64,000 bases of DNA from Bacteroidia bacterium (GCA_025358025.1 JANYKW010000089.1:18629-82628), one strand, 5' to 3'; positions 1-10,648 are shown, counted from the stretch's first letter. Numbers and translations: made by a program. The notes: generated by a model from the sequence alone, not told the origin.

Positions 1-3000
1 CATTTGTCTATGGGCTTTCCCAAGAATATCCGTAAACTCCAGAATCCAAATGTAATTGCCGGGTGGCGCCATCATCCCGTTTGACAATTCTCCATTCCAT
101 CCGCGGATTTCATTTTTGCATTCGAAAATAACATCATTCCATCGGCTCATAATTTTCAAATGGTAACCTTTCTCCATGACTCCGCTGGAAAAAAGTTTGA
201 ATTCCCGGTCTATCTCATTTACTGCATTGGGAGAAAAAGCATTGGGAGTATAGAGCTTTTGGAGTGCAATGGATACTTTCCCTGATACAGTATCAGAACA
301 TCCAATGCTGTTAAGTGCTTCAAGCAGAACAGTCAGATATCCGACTACTTTAAACTGATGAACAGGATCCTTTTCAACGGAAGTGGTTCCATCGCCGAAA
401 TTCCACATAAAATGATCTGCCCCCTGCGATTCATTTTGAAAAGTGACCGTAGGATTTTCTATGAATAACATATCCTGATCCATCGAAAAGGCAGCTTCAG
501 GTGTAGGATAAACAGTTACGAAATTTAATTTTGAAAGTGAATCGCTGCATCCTGTTGTTGCTGAAGAAGCCAATAAAACCAGGTTGTACTGTTGATCCGG
601 TTTGATATAAGTATGCAGGAGGTTATTCCCATCTTCTGTAATACCATCCCCAAAACTCCACCTGTAATCAATTTGATCAACGGCATCTCCTGATTTTGCA
701 ACCATTTCAACCTGAAGAGGGGTACAGCCCTTACTTTCGCCGGTCAACAAGCTGAATAAAGGTTTTCTCTTCAGAAGAACTGATTTTTTTTCACTCTCAC
801 AACCGAATTTTGATATGACCTGCAAGGAGACATTAGCGCTTGGTTGGGATTTAAGATCGAACCGTAAGGGTCCCATCGAATCTCCCGGATCCTGGATCAC
901 TTCACCCGGCAAAAAAGAAGATAAATCCCAATGAAAGTGGTCCTTCGCATTTGCTGAACCAACGTACGACAATGGATGAATACCCTGCTCAAGACACTGG
1001 TTTTCATTGATTGAGAAACCCACTGAAGGGATAGTGGCAACATACAAAAGATGTTCCTTTTTGATGGTATTCGTGCAATTTTTATCTGTCCTGGCTGTCA
1101 GCTGAACGTCATAATGTCCCTCTTTGGTATAGGTATGAACGGCATTTGCTGAAAGATGCTCAACCACACCGTCACCCCAGCTCCATGCATAATCGATTAC
1201 ATTTTTTGAATTTGTTGCCTTGAATTTAATTTCTCCTGACAGGCACACCACCGTATCTGAGGGTGTAAAATTCAGGTCAGGCATCTCATCGATCTGCATC
1301 ACCACTTTCTGGCTTTGACATCCCTCTTCAGCTATTTGCAGACTTAGCTCATCTTTCATGCCATTCGATCCCAATTGAATACTAATCTGATCTTTGGCTA
1401 TACCCTCTGCAATAGTATCACCAGCAAAAATCCAGGTGAACTGTGTTTTATCAAGGACGGCAGTACCCTGATACCTCGCATCAAGACTGTAACCTGCACA
1501 TGTTGAATCAATCTGAATAGCAACAACGCTGTTCTTACGGAATCTCACCGTGAAGCTTGTGTCTGCCTGGCAAGAATACTGGTCTTTTGCAACAAAGGTA
1601 AATGGATAGATTCCATAATCCGGAACGATAGCTGTCAGACCCTGAATTTTAACTGTCGGATCGCTACTCGATAAAGTATAATTTCCTTTGTTGGCAACAA
1701 TATCAACCGTCGTGGTTTTGCTCCCGCAAACTACTGAATCAATTTTGTTTACTGTCAATACAGGAATGTCTGTAAAACTGACTTCAATGGTATCCCTGGC
1801 TGAACAATTGTATATATTCCGGATTAAAACACGATACAATCCGGGAGAATTAGCTTGAATTGTTTTTGTGGTATCCTGCGTTGACCATAGAAAGGAGGAA
1901 AAATTGCCGGCATCCAGCAGCAGAGATCCGGGATTACACAGGGTTGTGTCGTTTCCCAGCCGGACGATTGGATTGCTCTCCAGCGCATGTATCCCGTCTG
2001 TCAGGACGCACCCGTCCGAAGTAGTCGCTGTGACTTCATAATAACCCTTCGTACTGACGGAGATTTTTTGGGTAGTTTCACCTGTATTCCACAGGAAGGA
2101 GGAAAAGTGGGACCCGGCATCCAGTATCTTGCTCTGTCCGGAACATAACACCATGGTATCTTTCACAAAATGAATATCACCTCCCAGATCAAGCTGGGTA
2201 CTCAAATTAAAACCTACACTGTAACCATATGATTCTACGCCCCCAAATCCATATACGTAGGCAATAAACCCCTTACCGGCTTCTGTGCTTTTCAGGTTAT
2301 GGTTTCCCTGTGCAATTTTAACCTGGGCATAGGAATAACCTGAATTTGGCAGAACCTGAAAAGCGATAGGCTGACCATCCAGCAGAATCTGGTCAACCGA
2401 ATTATCCCCGGTAACGATATTCACATAAAAATTCTGTGTAATCTCAGGTGTGTTGTAAGCAACGAAGGTCACTTGTTCTCTGGTTTGATCTACCGGACTG
2501 ATTATCAACATAGAAGGATCACCATCCCAGGGTCCGCCCTGGGGGATAGAGGCAGGACGGTCTACATCATTGGAATTACTGTATTGGGCCAGCAAAACAG
2601 GATAGTCACTTTCGATCAATGCCGGCTCATTGGCATTGAGCATGAATTCATGAAACTCCCCTTTGTTTAAAATCACTGTAGGCTTATCTCCTATCCGTAT
2701 GGTAGTATTATCAACCGAGGCTAAAATCCGATAGGTATCTTTTGCCCTGGATAATAAGGGCACCGATACAAATTTCCTTCCCCAGGTACGAAGTGGAGGA
2801 ATCTGTTCATAGAGATGATCCCAGGCATAGGAGGAGCTCTTTGGAATGGTTGTTGCCCAGGAACCGGAATACAAGGCTACCGGTTTATCACTTTTGATAA
2901 AACTTCCTGTTAAATCTCCCTGACCCGGCAAGTTGGGATGGTTCATGGATTGTACCTGGTAAAGTTCTCCTTTATTCAAAATAATGGTGAAGGGAACTTT

Positions 3001-3591
3001 TGCTGGTTTCAGTTTATCCGTGACCACGGAGGGAGTAATTGTAACCTGTGTCTGATCACTTGAGGCTACAACGACAAATTCGCTGTTTTTCCCATTCCAT
3101 GGCTGACCGTTTGGCTGCTCATAGACATGTGGCTCATAGCACATTGCAAAATACTCATTACCAAGTGCATCTACCGGGAAAATTACTGCAGCATCCGATG
3201 AATTGTAACCCCAGTTCATGGCATACAGGTTCAAAGGTTTATCGGAAACAAGATGTATGGCCTTTTCTTCAATATTTTCTGAGCCATAAGGCTCTGCCAA
3301 CAGCCTGTTTACCTGGATTTTTACAGGTATATTTGGTTGTAAAGTTCCTGATGCCACAGCAACAACAGACTTTCCCACCATGATACTGTACTGGCATGTA
3401 AACCGTGAAGTAATGGTCACTTCCAGATAATTTGGCGGATATAATGGATTGCTTGATATTCTGTTTTCCATAAAACCAAACCAGAATTCCTTACCTTCCG
3501 TCGATTTGACGCAATTTGAAGGTTGGCCTTGAACAGAAAGCCTTATCAGGCACAGAAAAGTAAATATCAGGATTGCTCCATATTTGACCAT
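1..3591 (-). CDS. T9SS type-B (gliding-motility CTD) sorting-domain surface protein with IgGFc-binding-like N-terminal head and PKD repeats; about the last 9 codons are cut by the window edge
   Basis: Absent from the ORF track because there is no stop inside the window. The reverse-strand ATG is the cat at 3589-3591. Hand translation gives MVKYGAILIFTFLCLIRLSVQGQPSNCVKSTEGKEFWFGFMEN..., colinear with the 3637-7239 product. 3591 nt is 1197 codons in one frame, and no minus-strand sub-ORF is reported in that frame. The last codons read ...GKAHRQM, aligning to ...GKFHHQSGTVALIF of the paralogue. Confidence 0.85.
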   Translation of the reverse strand, partial: MVKYGAILIFTFLCLIRLSVQGQPSNCVKSTEGKEFWFGFMENRISSNPLYPPNYLEVTITSRFTCQYSIMVGKSVVAVASGTLQPNIPVKIQVNRLLAEPYGSENIEEKAIHLVSDKPLNLYAMNWGYNSSDAAVIFPVDALGNEYFAMCYEPHVYEQPNGQPWNGKNSEFVVVASSDQTQVTITPSVVTDKLKPAKVPFTIILNKGELYQVQSMNHPNLPGQGDLTGSFIKSDKPVALYSGSWATTIPKSSSYAWDHLYEQIPPLRTWGRKFVSVPLLSRAKDTYRILASVDNTTIRIGDKPTVILNKGEFHEFMLNANEPALIESDYPVLLAQYSNSNDVDRPASIPQGGPWDGDPSMLIISPVDQTREQVTFVAYNTPEITQNFYVNIVTGDNSVDQILLDGQPIAFQVLPNSGYSYAQVKIAQGNHNLKSTEAGKGFIAYVYGFGGVESYGYSVGFNLSTQLDLGGDIHFVKDTMVLCSGQSKILDAGSHFSSFLWNTGETTQKISVSTKGYYEVTATTSDGCVLTDGIHALESNPIVRLGNDTTLCNPGSLLLDAGNFSSFLWSTQDTTKTIQANSPGLYRVLIRNIYNCSARDTIEVSFTDIPVLTVNKIDSVVCGSKTTTVDIVANKGNYTLSSSDPTVKIQGLTAIVPDYGIYPFTFVAKDQYSCQADTSFTVRFRKNSVVAIQIDSTCAGYSLDARYQGTAVLDKTQFTWIFAGDTIAEGIAKDQISIQLGSNGMKDELSLQIAEEGCQSQKVVMQIDEMPDLNFTPSDTVVCLSGEIKFKATNSKNVIDYAWSWGDGVVEHLSANAVHTYTKEGHYDVQLTARTDKNCTNTIKKEHLLYVATIPSVGFSINENQCLEQGIHPLSYVGSANAKDHFHWDLSSFLPGEVIQDPGDSMGPLRFDLKSQPSANVSLQVISKFGCESEKKSVLLKRKPLFSLLTGESKGCTPLQVEMVAKSGDAVDQIDYRWSFGDGITEDGNNLLHTYIKPDQQYNLVLLASSATTGCSDSLSKLNFVTVYPTPEAAFSMDQDMLFIENPTVTFQNESQGADHFMWNFGDGTTSVEKDPVHQFKVVGYLTVLLEALNSIGCSDTVSGKVSIALQKLYTPNAFSPNAVNEIDREFKLFSSGVMEKGYHLKIMSRWNDVIFECKNEIRGWNGELSNGMMAPPGNYIWILEFTDILGKAHRQM

Positions 3592-3636
3592 TGCACAAAG
3601 ATCGGTTTAAACAGGTGAATAATTAAATCAATGCTA

Positions 3637-6600
3637 TTAAAAAATCAAGGCAACGGTACCACTTTGATGATGGAATTTGCCCTGAAAATCCAGAAAATAG
3701 AGGATCCATACATAATTTCCGGGAGGAGCCATTGTCCCATCCGATAACTGCCCATTCCATCCTTTCAGCACATCCTTGCATTCAAAAACGACTTCGTTCC
3801 ATCTGCTAAGAATCTTGAGATGATATCCTTTTTCGATTACACCGTTGCACCAGGGGAAAAACTCCCTGTCAATCGGATTCGCTGCTTTGGGGGTAAATGC
3901 GTTTGGAGCAAAAATATCTTTTAACGCGATCATTACTTCCCCCGATACCGTGTCTGTACATCCGAATTTATTCGCGGCCTCCAGCAATACCCTCCTTATT
4001 CCAACCACTTCAAACCTGTGGATCGGATCTTTTACATGTGACATTCTATCGTCATCGAAGTACCAGGTAAAATAATCGGCACCCTGTGACTGGTTGATGA
4101 AGGTAGCCACCGGCTTTTCGTTGCTCAGCATTTTCTGGTTTAGCGTAAAAGAGGCCTTTGGTTCAGGATAAATTTTGATAAACCCCGGTTTAAACAATGT
4201 ATCCTTGCAACCGGTCGTTTTTGAATCGGCAAAAAGCGTGATATCATAAATTTTATCCGGAAGAGAATATATATGGGAAATTTTTGATCCGCTCCCTAAT
4301 TTACCATCTCCAAAGTTCCAAGTGTAATTTACCTGATCCACTTTATCTTCTGTTAAAGCATTAAAACTGGTTTCAAACGGAATGCATCCGGTACTGTCTT
4401 TTGCCTGCAGAAAAAACTTCGGAATTCGCTGCAAAACCAAAGATTTGTTTTGACTGATGCAACCATATTTTGAAGTAACCTGCAACTTAATTTCGGCTTT
4501 TGGTTTTTCAATCAGTTCAAAGATCAGGGGTCCTTTGGAATCACCAGGATTTTCAATGAGTTCACCCGGCAGCAATGAAGAGACATCCCACTTGTAATGA
4601 TCCCAATCATCTGCAGAGCCTGTATATAACAAAGATTGAGGCCCAGGTTCCAGACATTTGCCGGCTTTTATAGAAAAATCAACTGTCGGGATGGGTGCGA
4701 CATAGAGCAAGTTCTCCTTTTTAACCGTATTGATACATTTTTTATCGGTCGTTGCAGTCACCTGAACATCATAGAATCCATCTTGTGCATAAGTGTGAAA
4801 GTTATTCTTGCCACCATGTTCCATTTTTCCGTCACCCCAGTCCCAAAGATAATCGACAACATTCTCCGTATTGGTTGCCGTGAAGTTGAATTTGCTGGGT
4901 TGGCAAAGCAGGGTATCTGAAACCGTAAAATCAAGATCTGGAATCACACTGATCTCTTTGATGACGTAGCTATTTTTGCACCCTTCGTCCGCTACCTGCA
5001 AAAGAAGATCCCGCCTGGAACGATCCAGTCCGAGTTTAACATGCATTTGAATCCGGCCAACCTCATCAGCCAGGGTGTCTCTGGCAAAAATCCAGGTGAA
5101 GCGGGCCCTGCTAACTTCAGCGTCACCTAAATATCTGGCATCCAAGCTATACCCATAGCATGTGGTATCATCCACAGAGATTACCACGGTAGGTATTTTA
5201 TGAAAAGCTATCCTGAAACTGGTATCGGAAAAACAGGTGTAAGGATCTACGACTCTAAATGCAAATGGGAAGGTTCCGAATGCAGGAACTTTTGCCTCCA
5301 TACCATTAACTGCTACCTGTGTATTGCTACTGCTCAGGAAGTAGGTTCCCTTGTCGGCAGAAATATTGACAATTGTCGCTTTTGAGCCACAAACCAGCGA
5401 ATCCAAACTGCTGAGATTTAATTTCGGCTTGTCGACAAAATTAACCAGGATCTCATCTTGGGCCGGACAATCGTATTTATTTTTGGTCAAAACTCCGTAT
5501 ACGCCGGATGTTTTCACTGTTATTTTTTGGATGGAGTCTTTTGTAGTCCATGCAAAGGAGCTAAAACCTGAACCTGCATCCAATTGAAACATTTTTGGAC
5601 TACATATCGTTGTGTCATTTCCCAGTTTGACTACCGGATTGCTCAAATAGGTATAAATACTATCACGCATGACACATCCATCTGATGTAGAAACAGTTAC
5701 TTTTGAATATCCGGCTTTGGTAACAAAAATTGCCTGGGTGGTATCTCCGGTGCTCCACAAAAATTTCGAAAAATGAGATCCCGCATCCAGGATTTTTGCC
5801 TGTCCCTGACACAGCAAAATAGTATCTCTGGAAAAATGAATATCTCCTCCAAGATCCAGTTTAATACTGAGATTAAATCCCACCCCATATCCATATGATT
5901 CAACTCCTCCGTAACCATATACATAAGCGATGAATCCATGACCAGGCATTGAACTGTTGAGATTGTGATTTCCCTTTGTGATGGCTATCTGAGCATAGGC
6001 ATATTCCGAATTGGGGAGTGCCTGAAAACTGATGGGTGAACTATCCAGCAGGATATAAGCTGACGACGCTATTTTTGTAACTACATTGACAAAATATTTA
6101 CTGCTAATGTTTGGTGAATCGTAGGCTACGAATGTGACTGCTTCCCTGACTTGATCGACCGGACTAATAATCAACATGAGCGGATCTCCATCCCAGGTTC
6201 CGGCGTAAGGAACGGGTTTGTCAACGCTATTTGAGACCATGAACTGAGCAAGAAGAATCGGATGATCACTTTCAATCAGTGCGGGCTCATCCTGTTTTAG
6301 AACAAATTCAGAGAATTCCCCTTTGTTCAGCACAAACGGATTGTTATTCCGAATACGGATAGTTGTTTTATCCTCTGAAGCGATAATTCTAAACCGGTCT
6401 TCCGACCTCCCTTTCAGAGGTACCGTCACAAATTTCCTGCCCCAAGTGCGAACAGGAGGAATCTGCTCATAAAGATGATCATAAGCAGATGTCGCTAATG
6501 CGGGTATCGTCGTTGACCAGGAACCGGAATAGAATGCAACAGGCTTGTCACTTTTGATATAACTTCCTGTCAGGTCGCCTTGTCCTGCCAGATTTGCATG

Positions 6601-7239
6601 ATTCATCGACTGAACCTGGTACAGTTCACCTTTGTTTAAAGTGATGGTATAGGGTATATTGGGCTGGCGAAGCTGATCTGTAACTTTTGCAGGGGTTATT
6701 GTAATTTTGGTATTATCAACAGAAGCAACTACCAGAAACTCGCTGTTTTTCCCGTTACCTGGTGATCCATTGGCATTTTCATTGATATGCGGATCATAAC
6801 ACATGGCATAATATTCGTTGCCTAAAGCATCAACAGGAAAAATAACCGCAGCATCCGCTGAGCTTGGACTCCAGTTCATGGCAAAAATGTTCATCGGCAG
6901 ATCGGAAACTATATGAATTGCTTTCTCTTCTATCGTTTCGGAGCCAATCGGTTCAACCAAAGACCAGGGAGGCTGCCATCTGAACGGGGTGTTGGGCTGC
7001 AGGCTTGCAGTTAAATACGGGGTAGTTGATTTACCAAAATAGATACTGAATTTACAAGCAAATGTTGAGGTTAAAGTAAGTTCGAGATAGTGACCAGACT
7101 GATGGTGACGGCTTTCCATAAAACCAAACCAAAAGTCCTTCCCTTCCGTCGATTTGATGCAAGTATCTGTCAGACCTTGTGCATGAAGGGCAACCTTGAG
7201 CAGGAATAGAAATAATATCGTCAGCCGGAATTTGATCAT
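3637..7239 (-). CDS. T9SS type-B sorting-domain surface protein (IgGFc-binding-like N-terminal domain, PKD repeats, gliding-motility C-terminal domain)
   Basis: 1200-aa ORF with signal peptide LFLFLLKVALHAQ. The N-terminal CIKSTEGKDFWFGFMES block is followed by PKD-type WDWGDG and WNFGDG motifs. The C-terminus IFAPNAFTPK...GYHLKILSRWNEVVFEC...GWNGQ...PGNYVW...GTVALIF resembles TIGR04131/type-B CTD. Confidence 0.85.
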   Translation of the reverse strand: MIKFRLTILFLFLLKVALHAQGLTDTCIKSTEGKDFWFGFMESRHHQSGHYLELTLTSTFACKFSIYFGKSTTPYLTASLQPNTPFRWQPPWSLVEPIGSETIEEKAIHIVSDLPMNIFAMNWSPSSADAAVIFPVDALGNEYYAMCYDPHINENANGSPGNGKNSEFLVVASVDNTKITITPAKVTDQLRQPNIPYTITLNKGELYQVQSMNHANLAGQGDLTGSYIKSDKPVAFYSGSWSTTIPALATSAYDHLYEQIPPVRTWGRKFVTVPLKGRSEDRFRIIASEDKTTIRIRNNNPFVLNKGEFSEFVLKQDEPALIESDHPILLAQFMVSNSVDKPVPYAGTWDGDPLMLIISPVDQVREAVTFVAYDSPNISSKYFVNVVTKIASSAYILLDSSPISFQALPNSEYAYAQIAITKGNHNLNSSMPGHGFIAYVYGYGGVESYGYGVGFNLSIKLDLGGDIHFSRDTILLCQGQAKILDAGSHFSKFLWSTGDTTQAIFVTKAGYSKVTVSTSDGCVMRDSIYTYLSNPVVKLGNDTTICSPKMFQLDAGSGFSSFAWTTKDSIQKITVKTSGVYGVLTKNKYDCPAQDEILVNFVDKPKLNLSSLDSLVCGSKATIVNISADKGTYFLSSSNTQVAVNGMEAKVPAFGTFPFAFRVVDPYTCFSDTSFRIAFHKIPTVVISVDDTTCYGYSLDARYLGDAEVSRARFTWIFARDTLADEVGRIQMHVKLGLDRSRRDLLLQVADEGCKNSYVIKEISVIPDLDFTVSDTLLCQPSKFNFTATNTENVVDYLWDWGDGKMEHGGKNNFHTYAQDGFYDVQVTATTDKKCINTVKKENLLYVAPIPTVDFSIKAGKCLEPGPQSLLYTGSADDWDHYKWDVSSLLPGELIENPGDSKGPLIFELIEKPKAEIKLQVTSKYGCISQNKSLVLQRIPKFFLQAKDSTGCIPFETSFNALTEDKVDQVNYTWNFGDGKLGSGSKISHIYSLPDKIYDITLFADSKTTGCKDTLFKPGFIKIYPEPKASFTLNQKMLSNEKPVATFINQSQGADYFTWYFDDDRMSHVKDPIHRFEVVGIRRVLLEAANKFGCTDTVSGEVMIALKDIFAPNAFTPKAANPIDREFFPWCNGVIEKGYHLKILSRWNEVVFECKDVLKGWNGQLSDGTMAPPGNYVWILYFLDFQGKFHHQSGTVALIF

Positions 7240-7286
7240 GAAGTAAATATCAAATAATCAAAGTCAAAAGATAGGAATAATAAAAA

Positions 7287-10200
7287 TTAAAATAATAGGG
7301 TTAATGAACCACTTTGCCGGTGTGGTCGACCCAGAAAATCGAAACATTCCAGCATCCAGATATAACTTCCAACAGGGGCATAGTTTCCATTTGACATTCT
7401 GCCATCCCAGGCTTTTACCTCATCCCTGCATTCGAAAACAATATCATTCCATCGGCTGAAGATGGTGAGATGATACCCCTCTTTTTTGATACCTTCTGAT
7501 GAAAGCAGGAAGACTCTGTCTATTTCATTTGGAGCTTTTGGAGAAAATGCATTCGGAGCAAAAATCCTGCTGAAAGCAACAAGGACAACTTTTGAGGTTG
7601 TATCCTGACAGTCAAATTCATTGTAAACCGTTTGAATCACCTTTCTTTTTCCTACCACGGCATAGCTATGCACAGGATCTTTCTCACGTGAATGCAGTTT
7701 GTCGCCAAAATCCCAGAAGTAATTGATCGCATCCAAACTTTGATCCGTAAATGATACCTGGGGAGCGTCGTTATAAACAATTTCATGATCCATTGCGAAG
7801 CCTGCTTTTGGATTGGGATGTACTGTGATGTACGAGCTGTTCAGAGAAGTATCGGAACAGCCGGTTATTGAAGAAAGGGCACTCAATGTCACATCATGTT
7901 TGCGACCGGGAATTTCATACAGATGATCCACTGCCGCTCCGGTTGCGAAACCTCCATCTCCAAAATTCCACTTATAACTCAGCTGATCAACAGGATCATC
8001 CGGCTTTCCTGAAAAATTCAGGGATAGAGGAGCACATCCTTCTCTTATTGGGGCTGTAAAGGAAAAGATTGGCTTTCTTTTTACTTCCAGAGAAGCTGTT
8101 GTACTTCTGCAATTATATTGAGAAATTACATAGAGCGACAATTTCGTTGCAGGCTTGTTGATCAGTTCAAAAACAAATGGACCGGCGGTAGTACCGGGTG
8201 ACTTAATTATTTCAACCGGATCGAAACCTTTTAGGTCCCAGTACCAGGTATCCATGTTATTGGCTGATCCGGTATAATATAATGTATCCTTACCCGGATT
8301 CAGACACATTTCGGGAGAAATTGAAAATCCGATGGTCGGAATGGGAGCTACATAAACCATTTTCTCCATGGTGGCCGAATTCATACATCCCTTGTCTGTT
8401 GTAACCTCCAGATTAACATCGTAATAACCTTCTTTGGCATACTGATGGGCGGCATTTTTTCCGGAACCTGTCTGGCCATCTCCCCAGTCCCAATCATATG
8501 TAACAACTGTCTCCGTATTTGTTGCTGTAAACTCAAAAGTTTCAGGCTGGCATTGAAGCGGATCTTTAACCGAAATCTTCAGATCAGGAATTACATGGAT
8601 ATCTTTCAAAGAATTTTCTCCCATACAGCCGTCCTCCGTAACCTTCAGCACCAGGTCTCTTTTGGTCTGATTCACACCCAATGGAATTTGCTCAGTATGC
8701 TGACCCAACTTATTGCTGATGGTATCCCCGCCAAAAATCCAGGTAAAGCGGGATACCGGCGGATTGGCATCACCGATGTAGGTGGCCTGCAGGTTGTATC
8801 CATAACATTCTGTCTCATCAATGGTTAAATTAACTACCGGGACTTTGTAAAAATGAAGGATCATCGAGGTGTCTGAAGTGCATCCAAACGGATCTGTTAC
8901 CAAAGCAGAAAACGGGTAGCTGCCATATGCAGGAACTGTAACCGCAGTTCCGTTAAATTGCCGGCTATTTGTAAGATTCGTCAATATGTAGGTACCTTTG
9001 TCGCTTGATATATTGACCGTAGTTGAGAGTGAACCGCAAGTAAGTGGATTCATTTTTGAAAGATCCATTTTAGGATACTGGTGTACAACGACCTGCACCG
9101 AATCTTTGGTTTTACATCCGTTGACAGCAGTTAAGGTAACCTTGTTCAGACCATTCACAGACCTGGTAATCGTCCGGGTAGTTTCTCCGGAGCCCCACAA
9201 GTAAACTGCATGAATGCCCGGATCCAGCAACACTTTACTCCCAGAGCAAATATCTTCAACCTCTTTGAGCAAAGAAACGGGCGATGGGTTGATGTTCACC
9301 ATAAATTTCGCAGAATCCCGGCATGATCCGTTGGTCGCAACAACGGTATACTCAGTAGTCAGATCAGGTTTTGCAACCGGGTTGGAAATATTCGGATTTG
9401 AAAGACCCGTGACCGGACGCCAAACATATGCAGCCACTTTATCCTCTCTATTCAAATGAACCGTATCACCCTGACATTTCGTAACCGGAGTATTAACACC
9501 AAAACTGACTGCATTCACTTCCAATACAATGCTGGCTGTAAGGTTAACGATGGGATCTCCGCTGGTACCTCCATATTCAATGAGGTAACCTGCAGACCTG
9601 TAAGCATCACTAGTGCCCCCACTATCTGGATAATCATTCCATCTCTTTGATTCGCTGGGATTTGTTGGAAAAAATGTGATATGAGCATAATCCTCCTGGT
9701 GATCGATATTAACACTTCCATTATCATTTGGCTCATAGTGCATTGCATTTCCTGTTGGATTGGATGTATCCCATCTGTTCCAATTCTGATAATAAGGAAC
9801 CCCAAAGGCATCCTTTACCGGACCAAAGTTAATTGGATCTGCTTTGGCTTGTCCTCCCGACCCTTTAAAAAAAAGCCGGCCTTTTCCGCCATCTTCAGTT
9901 CCCTCAGGACCAGTTACCCATCTCCATTCACCTTCTACCGCATGATCAGAGGCACCAATCCAACCTGTTCCTGCCGTTTTTGACTGTATAAATGTGTTCT
10001 CCCCTGCTGAAGTGATGGTGGCCAGATATCCCTGTAAACCATAATATTTGGATGCATCAGCTTCAGCTCGGGCGGTGGTCCAATTGATACCCAGATGGCT
10101 GATAAACTTGTAAAAATGTTGTGTTTCAGGAAGATAGTCAATATCATCCATAGAAAAGGTCACAATACGTTTTCCGTTGGTATGGATGGTTCTATTATTC

Positions 10201-10529
10201 ATGTAAACAACCTGTCTGATTGCTTGAATGTAATCATTGATTTTTGTGCTTCCCGCCAGGGTTAAAAAACCCTGGGAGGCTGACCACATACCATAAACAG
10301 TCCCGACATCTGCAGGTAAACGAAGTTCGTCTTCTCCCGGAATATAACCCTGACTGATTGAAATTTTCATTCCTGTTATGGAATAGGTGGCATCCATGGT
10401 ATAGTTAGGCGCAATAAGCACCGGCTGGTTGCAATAGGTAGTACCCCCGGGTTGATTGGGATTTATATCAGCCCGGACAAATCCGGGAAAAAGCAGCAAG
10501 AAAAAAAATAGGATATTCCTGATTTTCAA
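7287..10529 (-). CDS. T9SS type-B sorting-domain surface protein with N-terminal C-type lectin-like domain and PKD repeats
   Basis: 1080-aa ORF with signal peptide FFFLLLFPGFVRA. Lectin-like block: WTTARAEADASKYYGLQGYLATITSAGENTFI...GWIGASDHAVEGEWRWVTGPEG. It has the same central cassette, WDWGDG/WNFGDG PKD motifs and CTD (IFAPNAFSPK...GYHLTIFSRWNDIVFEC...AWDGR...GSYIW...SLTLLF) as its two neighbours. Confidence 0.85.
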   Translation of the reverse strand: MKIRNILFFFLLLFPGFVRADINPNQPGGTTYCNQPVLIAPNYTMDATYSITGMKISISQGYIPGEDELRLPADVGTVYGMWSASQGFLTLAGSTKINDYIQAIRQVVYMNNRTIHTNGKRIVTFSMDDIDYLPETQHFYKFISHLGINWTTARAEADASKYYGLQGYLATITSAGENTFIQSKTAGTGWIGASDHAVEGEWRWVTGPEGTEDGGKGRLFFKGSGGQAKADPINFGPVKDAFGVPYYQNWNRWDTSNPTGNAMHYEPNDNGSVNIDHQEDYAHITFFPTNPSESKRWNDYPDSGGTSDAYRSAGYLIEYGGTSGDPIVNLTASIVLEVNAVSFGVNTPVTKCQGDTVHLNREDKVAAYVWRPVTGLSNPNISNPVAKPDLTTEYTVVATNGSCRDSAKFMVNINPSPVSLLKEVEDICSGSKVLLDPGIHAVYLWGSGETTRTITRSVNGLNKVTLTAVNGCKTKDSVQVVVHQYPKMDLSKMNPLTCGSLSTTVNISSDKGTYILTNLTNSRQFNGTAVTVPAYGSYPFSALVTDPFGCTSDTSMILHFYKVPVVNLTIDETECYGYNLQATYIGDANPPVSRFTWIFGGDTISNKLGQHTEQIPLGVNQTKRDLVLKVTEDGCMGENSLKDIHVIPDLKISVKDPLQCQPETFEFTATNTETVVTYDWDWGDGQTGSGKNAAHQYAKEGYYDVNLEVTTDKGCMNSATMEKMVYVAPIPTIGFSISPEMCLNPGKDTLYYTGSANNMDTWYWDLKGFDPVEIIKSPGTTAGPFVFELINKPATKLSLYVISQYNCRSTTASLEVKRKPIFSFTAPIREGCAPLSLNFSGKPDDPVDQLSYKWNFGDGGFATGAAVDHLYEIPGRKHDVTLSALSSITGCSDTSLNSSYITVHPNPKAGFAMDHEIVYNDAPQVSFTDQSLDAINYFWDFGDKLHSREKDPVHSYAVVGKRKVIQTVYNEFDCQDTTSKVVLVAFSRIFAPNAFSPKAPNEIDRVFLLSSEGIKKEGYHLTIFSRWNDIVFECRDEVKAWDGRMSNGNYAPVGSYIWMLECFDFLGRPHRQSGSLTLLF

Positions 10530-10648
10530 AATTTCAATCTCAACTTTAAATTGTGTGTATTATTTAACCTCATATTTATTACTTCGTATGGCACACACAT
10601 GTATTATTATATATTATTCTCATTTACAATTACTTAAATACGCACCAT

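Noticed and set aside
3048-3383. 111-aa plus-strand ORF, with small ORFs at 525-710 and 2473-2670
   Set aside because: They lie inside or antisense to the hand-identified 1-3591 minus-strand paralogue gene, whose translation aligns with the neighbouring 1200-aa protein.
9540-10150. Diversity-generating retroelement targeting the C-type lectin domain
   Set aside because: No reverse transcriptase ORF and no template/variable repeat pair are visible in the window.
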